DNA of 63,849 bases, the filler included, from Choristocarpus tenellus KU-1152 (lineage: Eukaryota; Protista; Phaeophyceae), in NCBI GenBank assembly GCA_964200185.2. It is 10 parts of 10 records of this genome, joined end to end, with 100 filler letters (N's around TTAATTAATTAA, not from the genome) between each part and the next. Parts side by side here need not be neighbours in the genome. Positions count along the whole stretch, not along the records: positions 1 to 2,804 come from CAXNAD020024602.1; positions 2,905 to 8,538 come from CAXNAD020010183.1; positions 8,639 to 12,400 come from CAXNAD020018081.1; 7 more parts are not named here. One strand, written 5' to 3'. Shown here piece after piece: positions 1-12,400 of this stretch (the first letter of the stretch is position 1; each line of letters begins with the position of its first letter). Made by a program: the position numbers and the translations under genes. Under the pieces are notes generated by a model, which had not been told where the DNA came from, did no database searches, and saw only the letters and a list, made by a program, of their open reading frames with translations.

Positions 1-70
1 CCCATGGGAAGCCAAGCCCCACAAATGGACAAACAGGGAAAAATTCGTACCCTCGAAGATAGTTTCACTC
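1..70. mobile_element. MITE family A, partial (one end)
   Basis: gccccacaaatggacaaacaggg...gtaccctcgaagatagtttcactc; nearly identical to 61236-61299. Confidence 0.75.
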
Positions 71-756
71 CATGGCCTTTGAAGCTATGTCTGTAGGATA
101 CAGATAAATGTAACAGGTCAGGGCTTTCATCTCTGCTGCTGAAGTTCCATAAGTAGAGCTAAACAGGTGAACCAATTTTGATGATCTCCAGGACATTCGG
201 GGGCAGGGAAGTAAATCCATTGGCGATGGAGTCGGTGGAACAGTGCGACTGTGAAAGAGACTGATGAGACTGATGAGACTGATGATGGTCTGAGTTGTTG
301 AACATTGTACGTGACCGGTATTTATGTGTACTAGCAATAAATACCATAATGCCATGCCGAGTCGCTAATTCCCCCAATATGTGGTTGGCGGGAATCTCTG
401 ATTTAACCGCACAGTCGGCCCGCTGCTGATTTGTTGCTGTTTTTACTGACCGTTTGTTTTTACTTCCATAGTGGGTGCTTGAAGGAAACACCCTTACATG
501 TTAAAGGTTTAGGGTTTGTATATTGGGCTTGCTGATTGGTTAAGAGGTCTTGTTAACAGTGTTCCCTTTGGGTTGCTTAGACAGCCTCTTCCCGCCCAAG
601 TGTACCCATGGACGCAACCAATTACAAGTTTACCTTCTTTCACCCTTTACTGCACACCCTGCAATGCATCGGAGGGACTTAGGAGGGTTCTGACAGCGAT
701 CCAACAGAGAATTGACCACTTTTCATTATTTCTGCGTGTGAAAGCACATAAAAAAT

Positions 757-1024
757 GAGCCAAAGTATCTTAGAGGGCAGGGCCGCGTACATTTGGGGTC
801 CAAAATCCAAAGTTTCGATTTGGATGAAATTTTGACTATTTTGTTTTGTTTGGAAGTGTCAATATCCTTGTTCCAGACACATCTTTTCATAACATATACA
901 CTTTGCCTACTCCGAAATATTTTTGAGTAGGGAAATGTCACAAAAAAAACATGGNNNNNNNNNNAGGCTAAGCCCCAAATGGACAAACAGGGCAAAACTC
1001 GTACCCTCTAAGATACTTTCACTC
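757..1024. mobile_element. MITE family A (~260 bp)
   Basis: TIR core aaagtatcttagaggg / ccctctaagatacttt; flanked by aat/aat; contains a 10-N gap. Confidence 0.85.
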
Positions 1025-1873
1025 AATCAGTGAAATGGTATGTGTCAGGAAATAGATTATTACTGTCAGTATAAGTTCAAAATGTTTTACCGTGTATGGT
1101 ATTTTGTTTGTCTACCTCATCATCCTTCTCACTGAACTGGCACAGCATTTCCTGCATTGAATCAATGTCATGTGGATCATGATTTCCTATCCCAACATGG
1201 CACCACACATCATGGGGTGGAACACACCAGGGTATGATATATAGGACTCTACCACTTGCTTCGGAGCACCAATATGCAAATATTACTTTATGCTGTACCT
1301 CTGTACTGTCAAAGGGGTTTGAACCCGCGCTTTGCCTGTGAGGTGGCACCTCATGGAACATTGGGGTTCAAGCCAGGTCATTGACGCCATGCAAAAAGTC
1401 GACTTATGCCTCGAGGGTTAGGGTATGAACACGCCCAAAGTTGTATTATTTGTTTTTCAGTTTGGACAGGTATTATTAACTGTACATGGTTTAGAGCTTG
1501 TTACATTGTTCACAATGAGCTCTTGTTCTTCCATAATCTACACCAAGTATCTACATGCTCTCTGCAGTATTGCAGTACACATATTGACTGAACTGAGTGA
1601 AGTGTTATCGATAAAATATGAAGGCAAGTTATGAGGTAAGGAGTGTAAGCCAGTATTATATGGACCTTTTAACCGAGGGCAATTGCAATTGAGGTGTATA
1701 CATATTTTCTGTACTGCACATGTTTTTCCTGTGTGTGCACACATATATTCGGTGTCGACTTGGAACAGTTACCCAGCCACTCAACCCTGAAAAAAAGTTT
1801 TTGTTGTCCCTCTCCATTGCGCATGCATGCTTATGCGCACAAAGAGCTCAAGTGAAAAGCGCGGTATGGTGTA

Positions 1874-2137
1874 GAACCAAAGTATCTTAGGGTTAGGGTA
1901 GAGTCCTGTCCATTTGGGGGTAAAAATTCAATGTTGCAACTTGATGTGATTTTGGTTATCGTATTTGTTAGGAAGTGTAAATATCTATGTTCCAGACACA
2001 CCTTTTCACAATGCATACATTTTATCTAGTCAGAGAACATTTCGGAGTAGAAAAATGTCATTAAAAAAATGCATGGGAAGCCAAGCCCCAAGTGGACAAA
2101 CTGGGCAAATCTTGTACCCTCTAAGATACTTTCACTC
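1874..2137. mobile_element. MITE family A, with TTAGGGTTAGGG in one TIR
   Basis: gaaccaaagtatcttagggttagggt ... ccctctaagatactttcactc; flanked by tgta/tgta. Confidence 0.85.
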
Positions 2138-2286
2138 TGTACTGACTGAGGACACACGATGTGCTTGTCCCGTTACGTTTCCTGGCCCCTTCAGCATTTT
2201 GAATGTTATTATTATTATCTCTTTTATTGTTCTCGTTGTTGATGTCATCATTCTTTCACACTGTTAAAATGGGATGTTTGTGAAGT

Positions 2287-2552
2287 GAGTGAAAGTATCT
2301 TAGGGTTAGGGTATGAGTTTTGTCCTGTTCGTACATTTGGGGCTTGGCTTCCCATGTTTTTTTTTTTAAAGTGACATTTTCCTCCTCCGAAATGTTTTGG
2401 AGTAGGTCAAATTTATGTTATGAAAAGGTGTGTCCAGAACAAGGATACCGACACTTCCTGGAAAACATTATAGCCAAAATTTCATCAAAATCGCAACATT
2501 GGATTTTGGCCCCCAAATGGGCCCTCCCCTACCCTCTACGATACTTTGGCTG
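2287..2552. mobile_element. MITE family A, opposite orientation, with TTAGGGTTAGGG in one TIR
   Basis: gagtgaaagtatcttagggttaggg ... ccctctacgatactttggctg; flanked by agt/agt. Confidence 0.85.
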
Positions 2553-2735
2553 AGTAAACTGAGTTTTGTGAGCAGGAAAGTTCGTAGGGGGGAATACAAA
2601 TGGTAATAGTATGGTAAGTTGAAGTATTGGCAGGGGCAAGAAGAAAGAATTGGAGGCTAGACGAAAATTAAGGGGTAGGCAGAGGCATGAGGTAAGAAGG
2701 AATGGGGCAGATATAAGGGTAAGTCCAAGTGTGGT

Positions 2736-2804
2736 GGCTCAAAGTATCTGGGAGGGGGTAGCGGCTGTCCATTTGGGGTCAATTTTTTCATGTCACGATT
2801 TTGG
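2736..2804. mobile_element. MITE family B, truncated by contig end
   Basis: ggctcaaagtatctgggagggggtagcggctgtccatttggggtc. Confidence 0.8.
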
Positions 2805-2904
2805 NNNNNNNNNNNNNNNNNNNNNNNNNNNNNNNNNNNNNNNNNNNNTTAATTAATTAANNNNNNNNNNNNNNNNNNNNNNNNNNNNNNNNNNNNNNNN
2901 NNNN
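2805..2904. other. Artificial contig linker N44-TTAATTAATTAA-N44; also at 8539, 12401, 17072, 39260, 42674, 46505, 52872, 61136
   Basis: Identical 100-bp structure nine times; the 12-mer gives stop codons in all six frames. Confidence 0.97.
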
Positions 2905-3975
2905 GGTTCTTTTCTTAACCCGGAAACTTTGATTTTTTTTTTCTTAAGAATTACTTTCGTATTATGTCACCGGTGCACCTATATCAAATCATCACTTTCT
3001 TTTCTTTTCTTTTCTAATGAGCGAGGAGAAGGTGTACCAGACTCTGTCCAGAAATTTGACTGGAACACGATTGCTTGAGGGGAGGGGGGGGAGGGGGTGA
3101 ATGGCTCCAGTGCGCTTTTTCTCTGCTGAAGGGGTTGTGATCAGATTTGTTGTTTTGGTTGGATGTTTTTTTGTCTTGTTTCAAGATCCATTGGCTTCTT
3201 CTTCTTCTTCTGTTGCAGAGCCTCTCTCTCTCTATATATATATATATATATCTGATGAAACCATCATAGTCATGGCATGTCGGAAAGGTTTCTTGTGCAC
3301 ACCGTGTGTGTCTTAAGGTACTAGACTGCTAGGCTCAACCCCGACGAGACAGAGTTGTGACATTTGATGTTTGATGTTTATTAGTTCCAGGTATGTAAAG
3401 GAGACCAAAGCAAGCGACGGGCTGCTGATTGATTGCTGGTTTTCCTGCGTAGTAGTTGGAGGTCAACAATCAACAATCATGACTACGTGACCAGAGTATT
3501 TCCATCCTTATCTGCTGTATCATGCTTTGACAATGATTGCGATGCTACAGGTATGCATATATATATATATATATATACATATATATTTATTTTTTTTAAC
3601 ATTTTTCGAGTATTATCTCATAATCAAAACAAATCTCTTTTGACCTATGAAGATATCCATTTTTGGTGCGTATACATTTGTTCCTGAAAATAAAGTAAAA
3701 TAAATATATATATATATATATGTGTGTGTGTGTATCAGAAAACGGGTAAGTCTGCAAATGCAAGGCGTTTTGACTTCCCAGCTGGATTGGATCGCAGTAG
3801 AATGGTATGTACACTAGTACACCATCTTTAGATAACGCATGCATTCCTCTTCAGACATTGAAGGAAGACAGACACTAGTGTAAGCTGTTAGAAGCCACCT
3901 ACCTATGAACAGGCACGAAGGCCGTTTGTGTTTTTGTGTGGACTGTTTTGACGTTTGTTTTTTGTTTTGTTGCAG

Positions 3976-5801
3976 GTACACATTCAGCTCAGAGGACTGG
4001 TGGACTTCGACGTGGAGATCACCAAGCTGCAGAAGCAGGTACTCTACTACCTTCTCCGGGAGAGTTCGTTTGCCTCTCTCTTTTCTTTTTTCTTTTTTTT
4101 ACTGATGCTGACTGCTTGACGTGGGGTTGGTCTCCATTCTATCGTTTTCCTTTGCGGCCAGATGGGGTTAGGGTTTAATGGAGCATGCCTTGAGAAGGTA
4201 AGGCACTGCGCTTACGATACCCTTCCGTGGGGTGGCTCCGTTTTTATAACGACTGCGCCTGTGCTCCTCTCTTGGAGAGATTGCAGTCTTTCGATGTTTT
4301 TGTGCCCTTCGCCTTGTAGGGTGCTTATCGCCTCACTTCATTTGCTTTAACACACAGTTAGTAATGCATAGTGGTTTGTTTGTTTGTTTTTGGGGGGGGG
4401 GGATTTTTTGTTTGTTTGTTTTCAGGTGATGGTCTCGTTGTGAATCAATGTATACAGAGGTTGCCTAGCCCTAACCCTAACCCTACAGTGTTTCTCTGCA
4501 GCCTTGACAAGAAATGTGATGTCAGACAAGACCATTTACCTGCTTTCTGCTCTCCCCACACCCGCCTGCCCTACTGCACCAGTTGGACACCAAGGTTGAG
4601 TCGCAGGTCATCTCCCTCAAGAAAAAGGTGATGAAGCTCTTCCCCTCGCCCCCCTCTCCTCCCTTTTTTGAAAGTTTGGTGTATTCTGTGTCTCTGTCTG
4701 TGTCTGTGTGGTAGTAGTATGCATGTAACTGAGAGATCCACCTGCTAGAATTACCTCCAGTGCCGCTGTCGTATAGGTATTATTTATACACAGCACAGCA
4801 TGCAATTGAACTGGTACTCCTGAGGAAGGAGTAGAGTGTACGTTGAAACTATTCCTTTCTATTTCTTTCAGAAAGAGACTGTAACAACAGTCAACTGCAG
4901 AACACTATATCCCTTGTTATCTGAGGCTTATCACAGGATCGAGTCAGGAAGAGTGTGATGTGCATTGATTCCCTTCTGTTCCTCTCTTTCAAGACTCAGT
5001 CAGCGCTTGAACTGTTTGTGGACTGCTGCTTCTTAGATATTTTCCAGCGAAAGTCAATGTCTTAGGTGCTCACTAGAGTCTGCTACATGCCGAAGACAGG
5101 CTTACTATCATTGGCACATTTAGAGCTCCACAGCAGGGGGAATATGGTAGTTCTTCCAGAACACTGTACCATCTGCAGGCGGACTGATGTTTGTCAGTGC
5201 TATCTTGCAAGACAAACAAGATGTCCTCGCCAACTTTATACTGGTGAACCTTTTTGTTTGCTAGATGATACGGGATACACCTTGACCTTCCGACTGTGAC
5301 GTTCCCCTCCTGACCCTTCCCCTTCTTAATACCCCAGCCCAGAGTAAAGTCTTCACTAGATACCATCTAATCAGTGACAGTGATAGTTATATTACTATTA
5401 AGAGTTGAGATATCAGGGGAGGTTGCGCACGAATGTATCCTGTTGGCTGATCATTTGCATACTGACCGTTTCATTGGTCTAAATGTGTCTTCCCAAATCA
5501 CGTTCCGCCAAGGTCGAACACTAATTATTTTCTTGACATGTGGCCAGTTCGTCTCCCTGTTCGTCCTTACTATTTTTTTTAACGATCCCTAAAGCTGACC
5601 CTGATTCTCATGACAACTCTTGCATGTACATGCACTCTCTTATCTGCGGTCTTTCCCTTCGAAAAGATGGAAGCACCTGGATACATGGAGAAAGTTCCGC
5701 CAGCCGTGCGAGAGGGAAATGAGAAAAAACTAGCAGAATTCTCAGCTCAACGTGACAGTATCCTTAAGGCGATAGAACAATTCCGGAGCTTGAAGATTTG
5801 A
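3976..5801 (+). CDS. VARS: Valyl-tRNA synthetase, last three exons (3976-4038, 4583-4627, 5667-5801); C-terminal coiled-coil tRNA-binding arm, 5' part not identified in this contig
   Basis: Phase-0 AG/GT-bounded exons join to VHIQLRGLVDFDVEITKLQKQ|LDTKVESQVISLKKK|MEAPGYMEKVPPAVREGNEKKLAEFSAQRDSILKAIEQFRSLKI*, which fits the eukaryotic ValRS C-terminus pattern (L.GLVD...EI.KL.K ... Y..KVP..V...N..KL). Confidence 0.8.
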
Positions 5802-8430
5802 TTATATATATGTAAATATATATATTCGCAATTGGAAGCAGTTGAAGTGGAGAGAAACGGGTTCTGGAGAGGGGGTATGGGATTGAGAGCATAACCGTGA
5901 GGCGTGTCTGGACTCTTTGTGTGAATTTGCTTGGTGTGCTGTGTGGTGGAACCTATCTTTGAAGTATTTGATATGAGCTGAGGAGGTTGTGGGACAAGAT
6001 GGGTGTGCCAATAGAGGATCGGTTCAGGTGTGATAGGTTGTGAACATGAATCGAAGGACTTCAGTGCGGAAGGTACTGTAGTAGTACAGTCAGTCCTGTG
6101 GTTCATTTTGTTGATCTGTGACATTCTACTGTGTGTTGTGTGAATGTGTGCATCTTATTATTTTTACCACGTGGGGTAATGATAGCAAGATGATCATACA
6201 GTTACTAATCATGAATACCTCTCCCATTCGGTGTGGTGGCGTCACTTTTGCTATCTATGGGGACATAGTTGTACAGAGGTGTGGAGCACACTTGGAACAT
6301 GCATTTGGGGGGGGGGGGCACTCGGAAAAGGGTAGCAATGGAGGTCAGCATCCCACCCTCTGTTATTTCTAGAAGGGTAGAGGTCGACAATTAGGAGTCT
6401 AGGCTGAAAATGTCCTGCGATGAGCTCCATTCGGCCACAAAAATGCATCCTATTTTGTTCACTAAGGAAAAGTTGTGTTTTGTGATATCGCCCAAAGAGG
6501 GCCTAAGCAAGGAGTGGTATCATCTTACATGCATTTTTCTCCTCACAAATATCAATCTTTCATTTCTACAAGGTGGAGTCAGATCTTCGTTGATATTCCT
6601 AGCTGATTGTTGACTCAAGACCCTGAAAGCAGTCTGAAAACTGAAGGTTCTTCATCCATCTCTCAACAACTCAACAACAAATAGGACATTTTTGGTGCAA
6701 CTTGCGATTTGCAATGTTGCAGGCGGTATCACCCCAGTTCATTTTTATTGTGTCATTGCAAGTGTTTAAGAATACACAACAATAATGACCATGATACTGA
6801 AGTTTTGTCCTGGATCATTCCTTCTTGTTGCTGTCTATTTCTTTTTAGAATCTGCTGACCTGCTTGTTTTTGTTGGTTGTCCACTCAGCACCATGGCTCA
6901 CTACTACTGCTACTACGGCTACTCTTCCACTACTACAACCAGCTACTTGTAGCAGTAGTAGCAGTGTTGCCGCCACCAACTTCATCACCAACCACCATCC
7001 ATTCATTGGCAATATTGTGGTCTTCATTAGTATTTTATTGTTTGTTTCTGCTGCTATAAAACGTTACTCCTGTCGAGGTGGTGTTGGCCGTACGACAAGT
7101 ATCAAGGAGTGTAATAGCGCTATTATTGGTAGTAGTATCCAACTATGCTCACTTCCGCACCTATTTCTATACACATTACTACTGTTTCCACTGCTGCTGC
7201 AGCTTATTACTACTCCGGAGCGCTTCAAAGTAAACCCAGTATAATGGAGTCAGTGCTTACATCTTATCACAGTAGAAGGACGTTCAAATGAATGATGAAG
7301 GCACATGAAACAATGGTCAGGATGAAAAAGAGAGTGATATCCCCTTCCCCTCACCTCCCCTGCACCAAACCTTTTGACTGGGCCACCAAACAAGCATGCA
7401 AAGGGTTACAGCCTTGTAACCAGGTTGTGAACCGTAAATAATTTTCGACTGGGTGAGTGGATATTTGTGGTCAAGGATGTTGACCGAGAGATGATACCAC
7501 ACAGAGATTGAAGAACAAGGCACTGTGTGCATGTGATATACTATGTGATCATATTATTGCTGGCATTATTACTGATCCGTCCACACTCTTCATAGTATAT
7601 TGAGTTCTCGGGCGAAGGATGTGGTATATGTGCCCACCTCTTGCCCACTGTGATGCTGTAGCTGGCCCCACCTAAAAAGGCATTTCTTCCTATCTTCCCC
7701 CTCCACTGTTTCGAAGTGGTGCAGGGCTCTGCCTACCCTTTTCCACTATCCGGCACGATGACCTCCAACTCGTAGGAAGTATGTTGGTGCATGGTGTAAG
7801 AAGGTGCAATGCGGGGAATATCAATGCCGTACGAAATCAGTGTGGATCCACCAAGAAGTGGAGAGGAGCAATATATTCTCAGTTTGAAGGACAATGAGGT
7901 CGATCGAATGAACGCAGGGAGAGGACTCAAGAGTGTGGTGTTCTAAGGAGAGGGAAGGGTTATGTGAATATTATCGACGTTACTAAATGATCACCCCTAC
8001 ATGAAACCATATTCCGTATCCATAAGAAGGAATAACTGCCACTTTCAGTGTGCGTTTACACATATGCCACCAAAAATCTCAAATGCTTATGTATACAGCT
8101 AAAAATATTTGAGGTTAGTTTCAGGAAGGAGAAGAAAGTGTTTAAAGACGGAAGGACCACTAATAGTTATTATATCAACACCATTTACGACTTGAGGGGG
8201 GAGGAAGGGAGGAGGTTAACAGTAGTGTATTTTTATGGTGTGGAGATTGTCCTGATCTCTCAACTACAAATGGATTGTGAATATGAGATGCATAAGTGTC
8301 AAATCACTTTATGTCCGCCATGCCGATATAACATGACAACATGAACAGTCAATCATCACCCAGCAATAAAAAGAACAAAAATCTACCTGTCCTCACCTAA
8401 ATCGGCATACTATGCCCATATTCGCCAAAA

Positions 8431-8538
8431 AACAGAAGATTTTCAAAATTGAGGATGGAGCGGGGCTATGAGGATGGTTGTTCTGCGAAAACGGTCTTAA
8501 ACAAATATCGAAAGGTTTTTTTTTGCGACTGTTTTTGC
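8431..8538. mobile_element. MITE family C-related end, truncated by contig end
   Basis: gattttcaaaattgaggatggagc...aggatgg...aaaacggtctt; similar to 52781-52871 and to the TIR of 56040-56176. Confidence 0.6.
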
Positions 8539-8937
8539 NNNNNNNNNNNNNNNNNNNNNNNNNNNNNNNNNNNNNNNNNNNNTTAATTAATTAANNNNNN
8601 NNNNNNNNNNNNNNNNNNNNNNNNNNNNNNNNNNNNNNAAGAAGAAAAAAGGATTTTGGGGGGGGGGGGGGTGGGGAGGTGTCTCTCTCCACTCTTTTGT
8701 GGGGAAAAACCCCCCCCCCCCCCCCCCCCCCAGATACTTTGGGTCGGAACTAGTTTTTAGCTCATTGGTATATTTTCAACTTTAAGGGAGTAACACTTAG
8801 TCCATTGTGTGTTGTGAAGGTGGTGCATCCATGGATTATAAATACATGTACAGAATTTCTACCACACAGTAGAAGAATGGCATTGATCAGGGCAATGAGA
8901 TTGCTAACTTCATACATTTTTGAGTCAAAATACTAAC

Positions 8938-9197
8938 AAGCCAAAGTAAACGAGAGGTACCCAGGTTTCCAAGGTTTTGCATATTGACCCACTTTTTTTA
9001 TTCTTCCGTAATTCACCCCTGTTTCTATGGAAGATGTTTCTACGGAAGATCTGCCAGGCTGGACTTGGGGGTAGTCGATTTCTCTACTGTTTGAAACTTT
9101 CTACACAATTCAGAAAAGTTCCAATACACTTATTTTTTTTTCACACATTTTTCATCCTTTAAATCCAACTCTGGGTACCTCTCGTTTACATTGGCTC
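8938..9197. mobile_element. MITE family D (260 bp)
   Basis: ~27-bp TIR aagccaaagtaaacgagaggtacccag / ctgggtacctctcgtttacattggctc; flanked by aac/aac. Confidence 0.85.
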
Positions 9198-11995
9198 AAC
9201 ACAGACAATAAGCACACAATGAATAAATATTACGCACATACCCACTTTGAAATGCACCATGCAACAAGCAGGAAGGTAAACATAACAGATTAGTCCTTTT
9301 GTGTAGCTTGGCTGTAAATAATACATAAATAAGCTCTACATCCTTCCATTTTCCCAATCAATAATTCTTCTTGAATTAGAGTACTGCCCTCAAAATAAAT
9401 TGGCACTGCCATTTACTCAATACCATCAAGAAGTTAAACAAGTAGAATCATCCACAATTTCACTTCACAACAAAAACTTTTTTACATACTGTTGAAGACT
9501 TCTCCACACAGGTAAGATAGTCAACACTGCACTCAGTTGGGCTATGGGCACAATGGAGTTGTCACAATTCCAAAAACCTCTCAAGGGAGCAGTAGCATCA
9601 AACATCGCATCCAATAGACACACACATCGTTACAACAAAATCATTGACCAATAAGCAATTGATTGGGGGCATGGTACAGGTGAGGAACGAGAACCACTCA
9701 CAAAAACAAGCAAGTCCTATCGAAGCTGGACTTCAGGATGGTCTTGCACACATGTTCAGCACCTTGGGGGGTAAAACTGTGTGAGGAGTACTGACCATCA
9801 CAATATACCACACCACCCAATAAAGACCGCCCTTACAAAACAGCCAAACACTACAAATCAAAGTTTCCCAACCTTTCTTCCAGAAGTATTGTAAGACCAA
9901 ACTCTGACCGGACCTTTGAACGCCAGTCATGTAAATCAGCCATAGCCTACACCCTCATGTAGGGTTGGACCCTTTTTGCCCAAGTCTTTGAATCAAGCTC
10001 CTGTCTACTGTTCTCACTGACTTGAAATCACTGGCATTTGTTCCTCCTAGCTCTAGTACCCTCTTCACCAATAACTTTGGCCCGCAGCATTCCCCAACCC
10101 CATAGATACACACATTCTAGTATAGTACAATACAATCAAGTCACATAATTGAGCAAGTCAGTTTTTCAGGGGTCAAGGTGTCCACAATCAAACACGAATC
10201 CACCGTTCCAGCGGGCAAGCGTCTTTCACAAAAGGCCAGAAATCGTTCAACATAGCCACTAACCTTGATTCAATGAGAGGACACAATGCAGGAAAGGGAA
10301 GACGGTAAAACCTTTGCGTGAATCGAGGGCTAGGGTTATTGGTCAGGCACACAATTTGGAGTCAACAATAGGGTGCATGTCTTGGTGGCTGCTAAAACTG
10401 TTACACATCATCTTGAAGCATGCATATGTTACCTCTACAGCACCCCAAGTCGCAGAGATCCAAATCAATTCCAAAATGAGGCAATCCCGAAGTGATACAG
10501 CATTTGGATGGCAATCCCCTACACACCCGAGAACCCGAGCAAGAGCAGTCCATGTTAAATCCAAAGCGATACCCTCGTTGAGGACGGAGCATATTACCTC
10601 AACAATCCCAAACAACGAATCAATTAACTGAGACTGCAGCACATGGTCAAGAGGTGTAAACATGTTGTTGGCACCATCACCTCCAACTTGCAATTTCTAC
10701 ACAGATCTAACCCAGCCACACAGCCAGCACATGCAGTAAACGTCAAGATATTTTCTCCATAGCCAAGGAAGGGAACTCACAGACTAAAACGACATGAAGC
10801 ACACACCCCACAAACGCACCACCAAGACATCTCACGGGGGGAGGGGAGGAAGGCATGGCGCAAAATCAAATAAAGGGTGTGTAAGCACTTTCTAAACACA
10901 CCCTGTGACTTGATTGCAGAGCAATGAGCAATCATAAAACAGCTACAGCTGTGCCTGACCCTTCCTAACCCGAGATCATGGACCAATTTCGTATTAAATA
11001 AAACTTAACATTTTTCATGGATTCCTACGCTGGGCAGGCCTCACCGCCTTGAACGCAGTGCTTGATGATCCCCAATTTCAACACTTTCTTCTAAAAAGTA
11101 TCAGTAGTGAGCTCTGGGGAGGGTGATGGTGTTTTGACTATATTCCAATGCTCACGATCTGTCGCCATAAGTCCCCAAAACTAGCCAAATCGTGCACACT
11201 TCCTTCTTGTTCTTTCAAAAGTTGAAGGTCATTCACGGCATCAATCGTATCCCCCGTTCCGAACACAAATTCTTGAGAGACATTCCATATGTTTGGCCTC
11301 TTCCATAAAAAAAAAAGGTAAAAAAGGTAAAAAAGGATGAAAACAGGATCGACTCATCGAAACCACGTGGTGACAAGCAGGTAGGTGCGTAAAAGATAAA
11401 AAAAAAGATAAAAAAAAAAGATATCACACCACGGCAAAAATGCGAGGGGAAACATCAACCTGCAGATTGTGACAAAAATCGGATCAAAACAACTACGACC
11501 AACCAGGCGTGTTACACGCCTGCCACACACCAACACACACAACTGTTGAGCCACAACACAGCAAGCATTGCAGCACACCAACACACACAACAACATCGAA
11601 CAAATCGTTCCGAAATGCACGCGGGGTCAGCGCCGGAAAAGACACATGCACAGTTCTCACTAGCCAACCCTGTCAGTGTGCGAGCACCTTAAGGTGCCAC
11701 AAAAAAAAAAAAATTAGACAACAACCGTTCCCTTACTCCCTTCGCCGAAGAACTCACCTCTGCCGAGACCTCTCCCCATCGGTCACACATAGCCACTGCA
11801 CAGTAAGACGCCTTCCAGATTTGGTACAGAGGTTGAGTGAGTGCCCACAGGATGGAACACAAAATTGAAACAGCAGGGTTGACCCCACACATTCACCGAT
11901 AGACCCACAGTAGATCGACATTGACGTGGGGACAGGAAAAGGACAGTCCAGAATACAGAACGGTAAATTGGAGAGCGGCATTCGACCATGCTCAT

Positions 11996-12042
<47 letters not shown>

Positions 12043-12136
12043 GTTCTGGAAGGGGTGGTGGTGGGGAATTTGTTTGTTTTCTGNNNNNNNNNNTATTTTC
12101 TTTTTTCTTGGTGTTTTGTTTTGTCGTGTTGGGTTT

Positions 12137-12148
12137 GGTTCAAAGTAT

Positions 12149-12188
<40 letters not shown>

Positions 12189-12320
12189 CAACTGTCCATT
12201 TAGGGTCAACTTTTTCATGTTGCGATTTTGGGTGATTTGATTGCATACATCGCATGGATAATGTAAGTGCACTTTTCCTGGTTTTGGGTCAAATGTACAG
12301 ACACCCTGATGTAGACAGCC

Positions 12321-12363
<43 letters not shown>

Positions 12364-12400
12364 ACCACCACGACAGCGGCCACCGCCCCTACTCTACCCC
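12137..12400. mobile_element. MITE family B copy with (GT)n replacing the poly-G tract
   Basis: ggttcaaagtatca(gt)n...actgtccatttagggtc...acaccctgatgtagac + poly-C. Confidence 0.75.
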
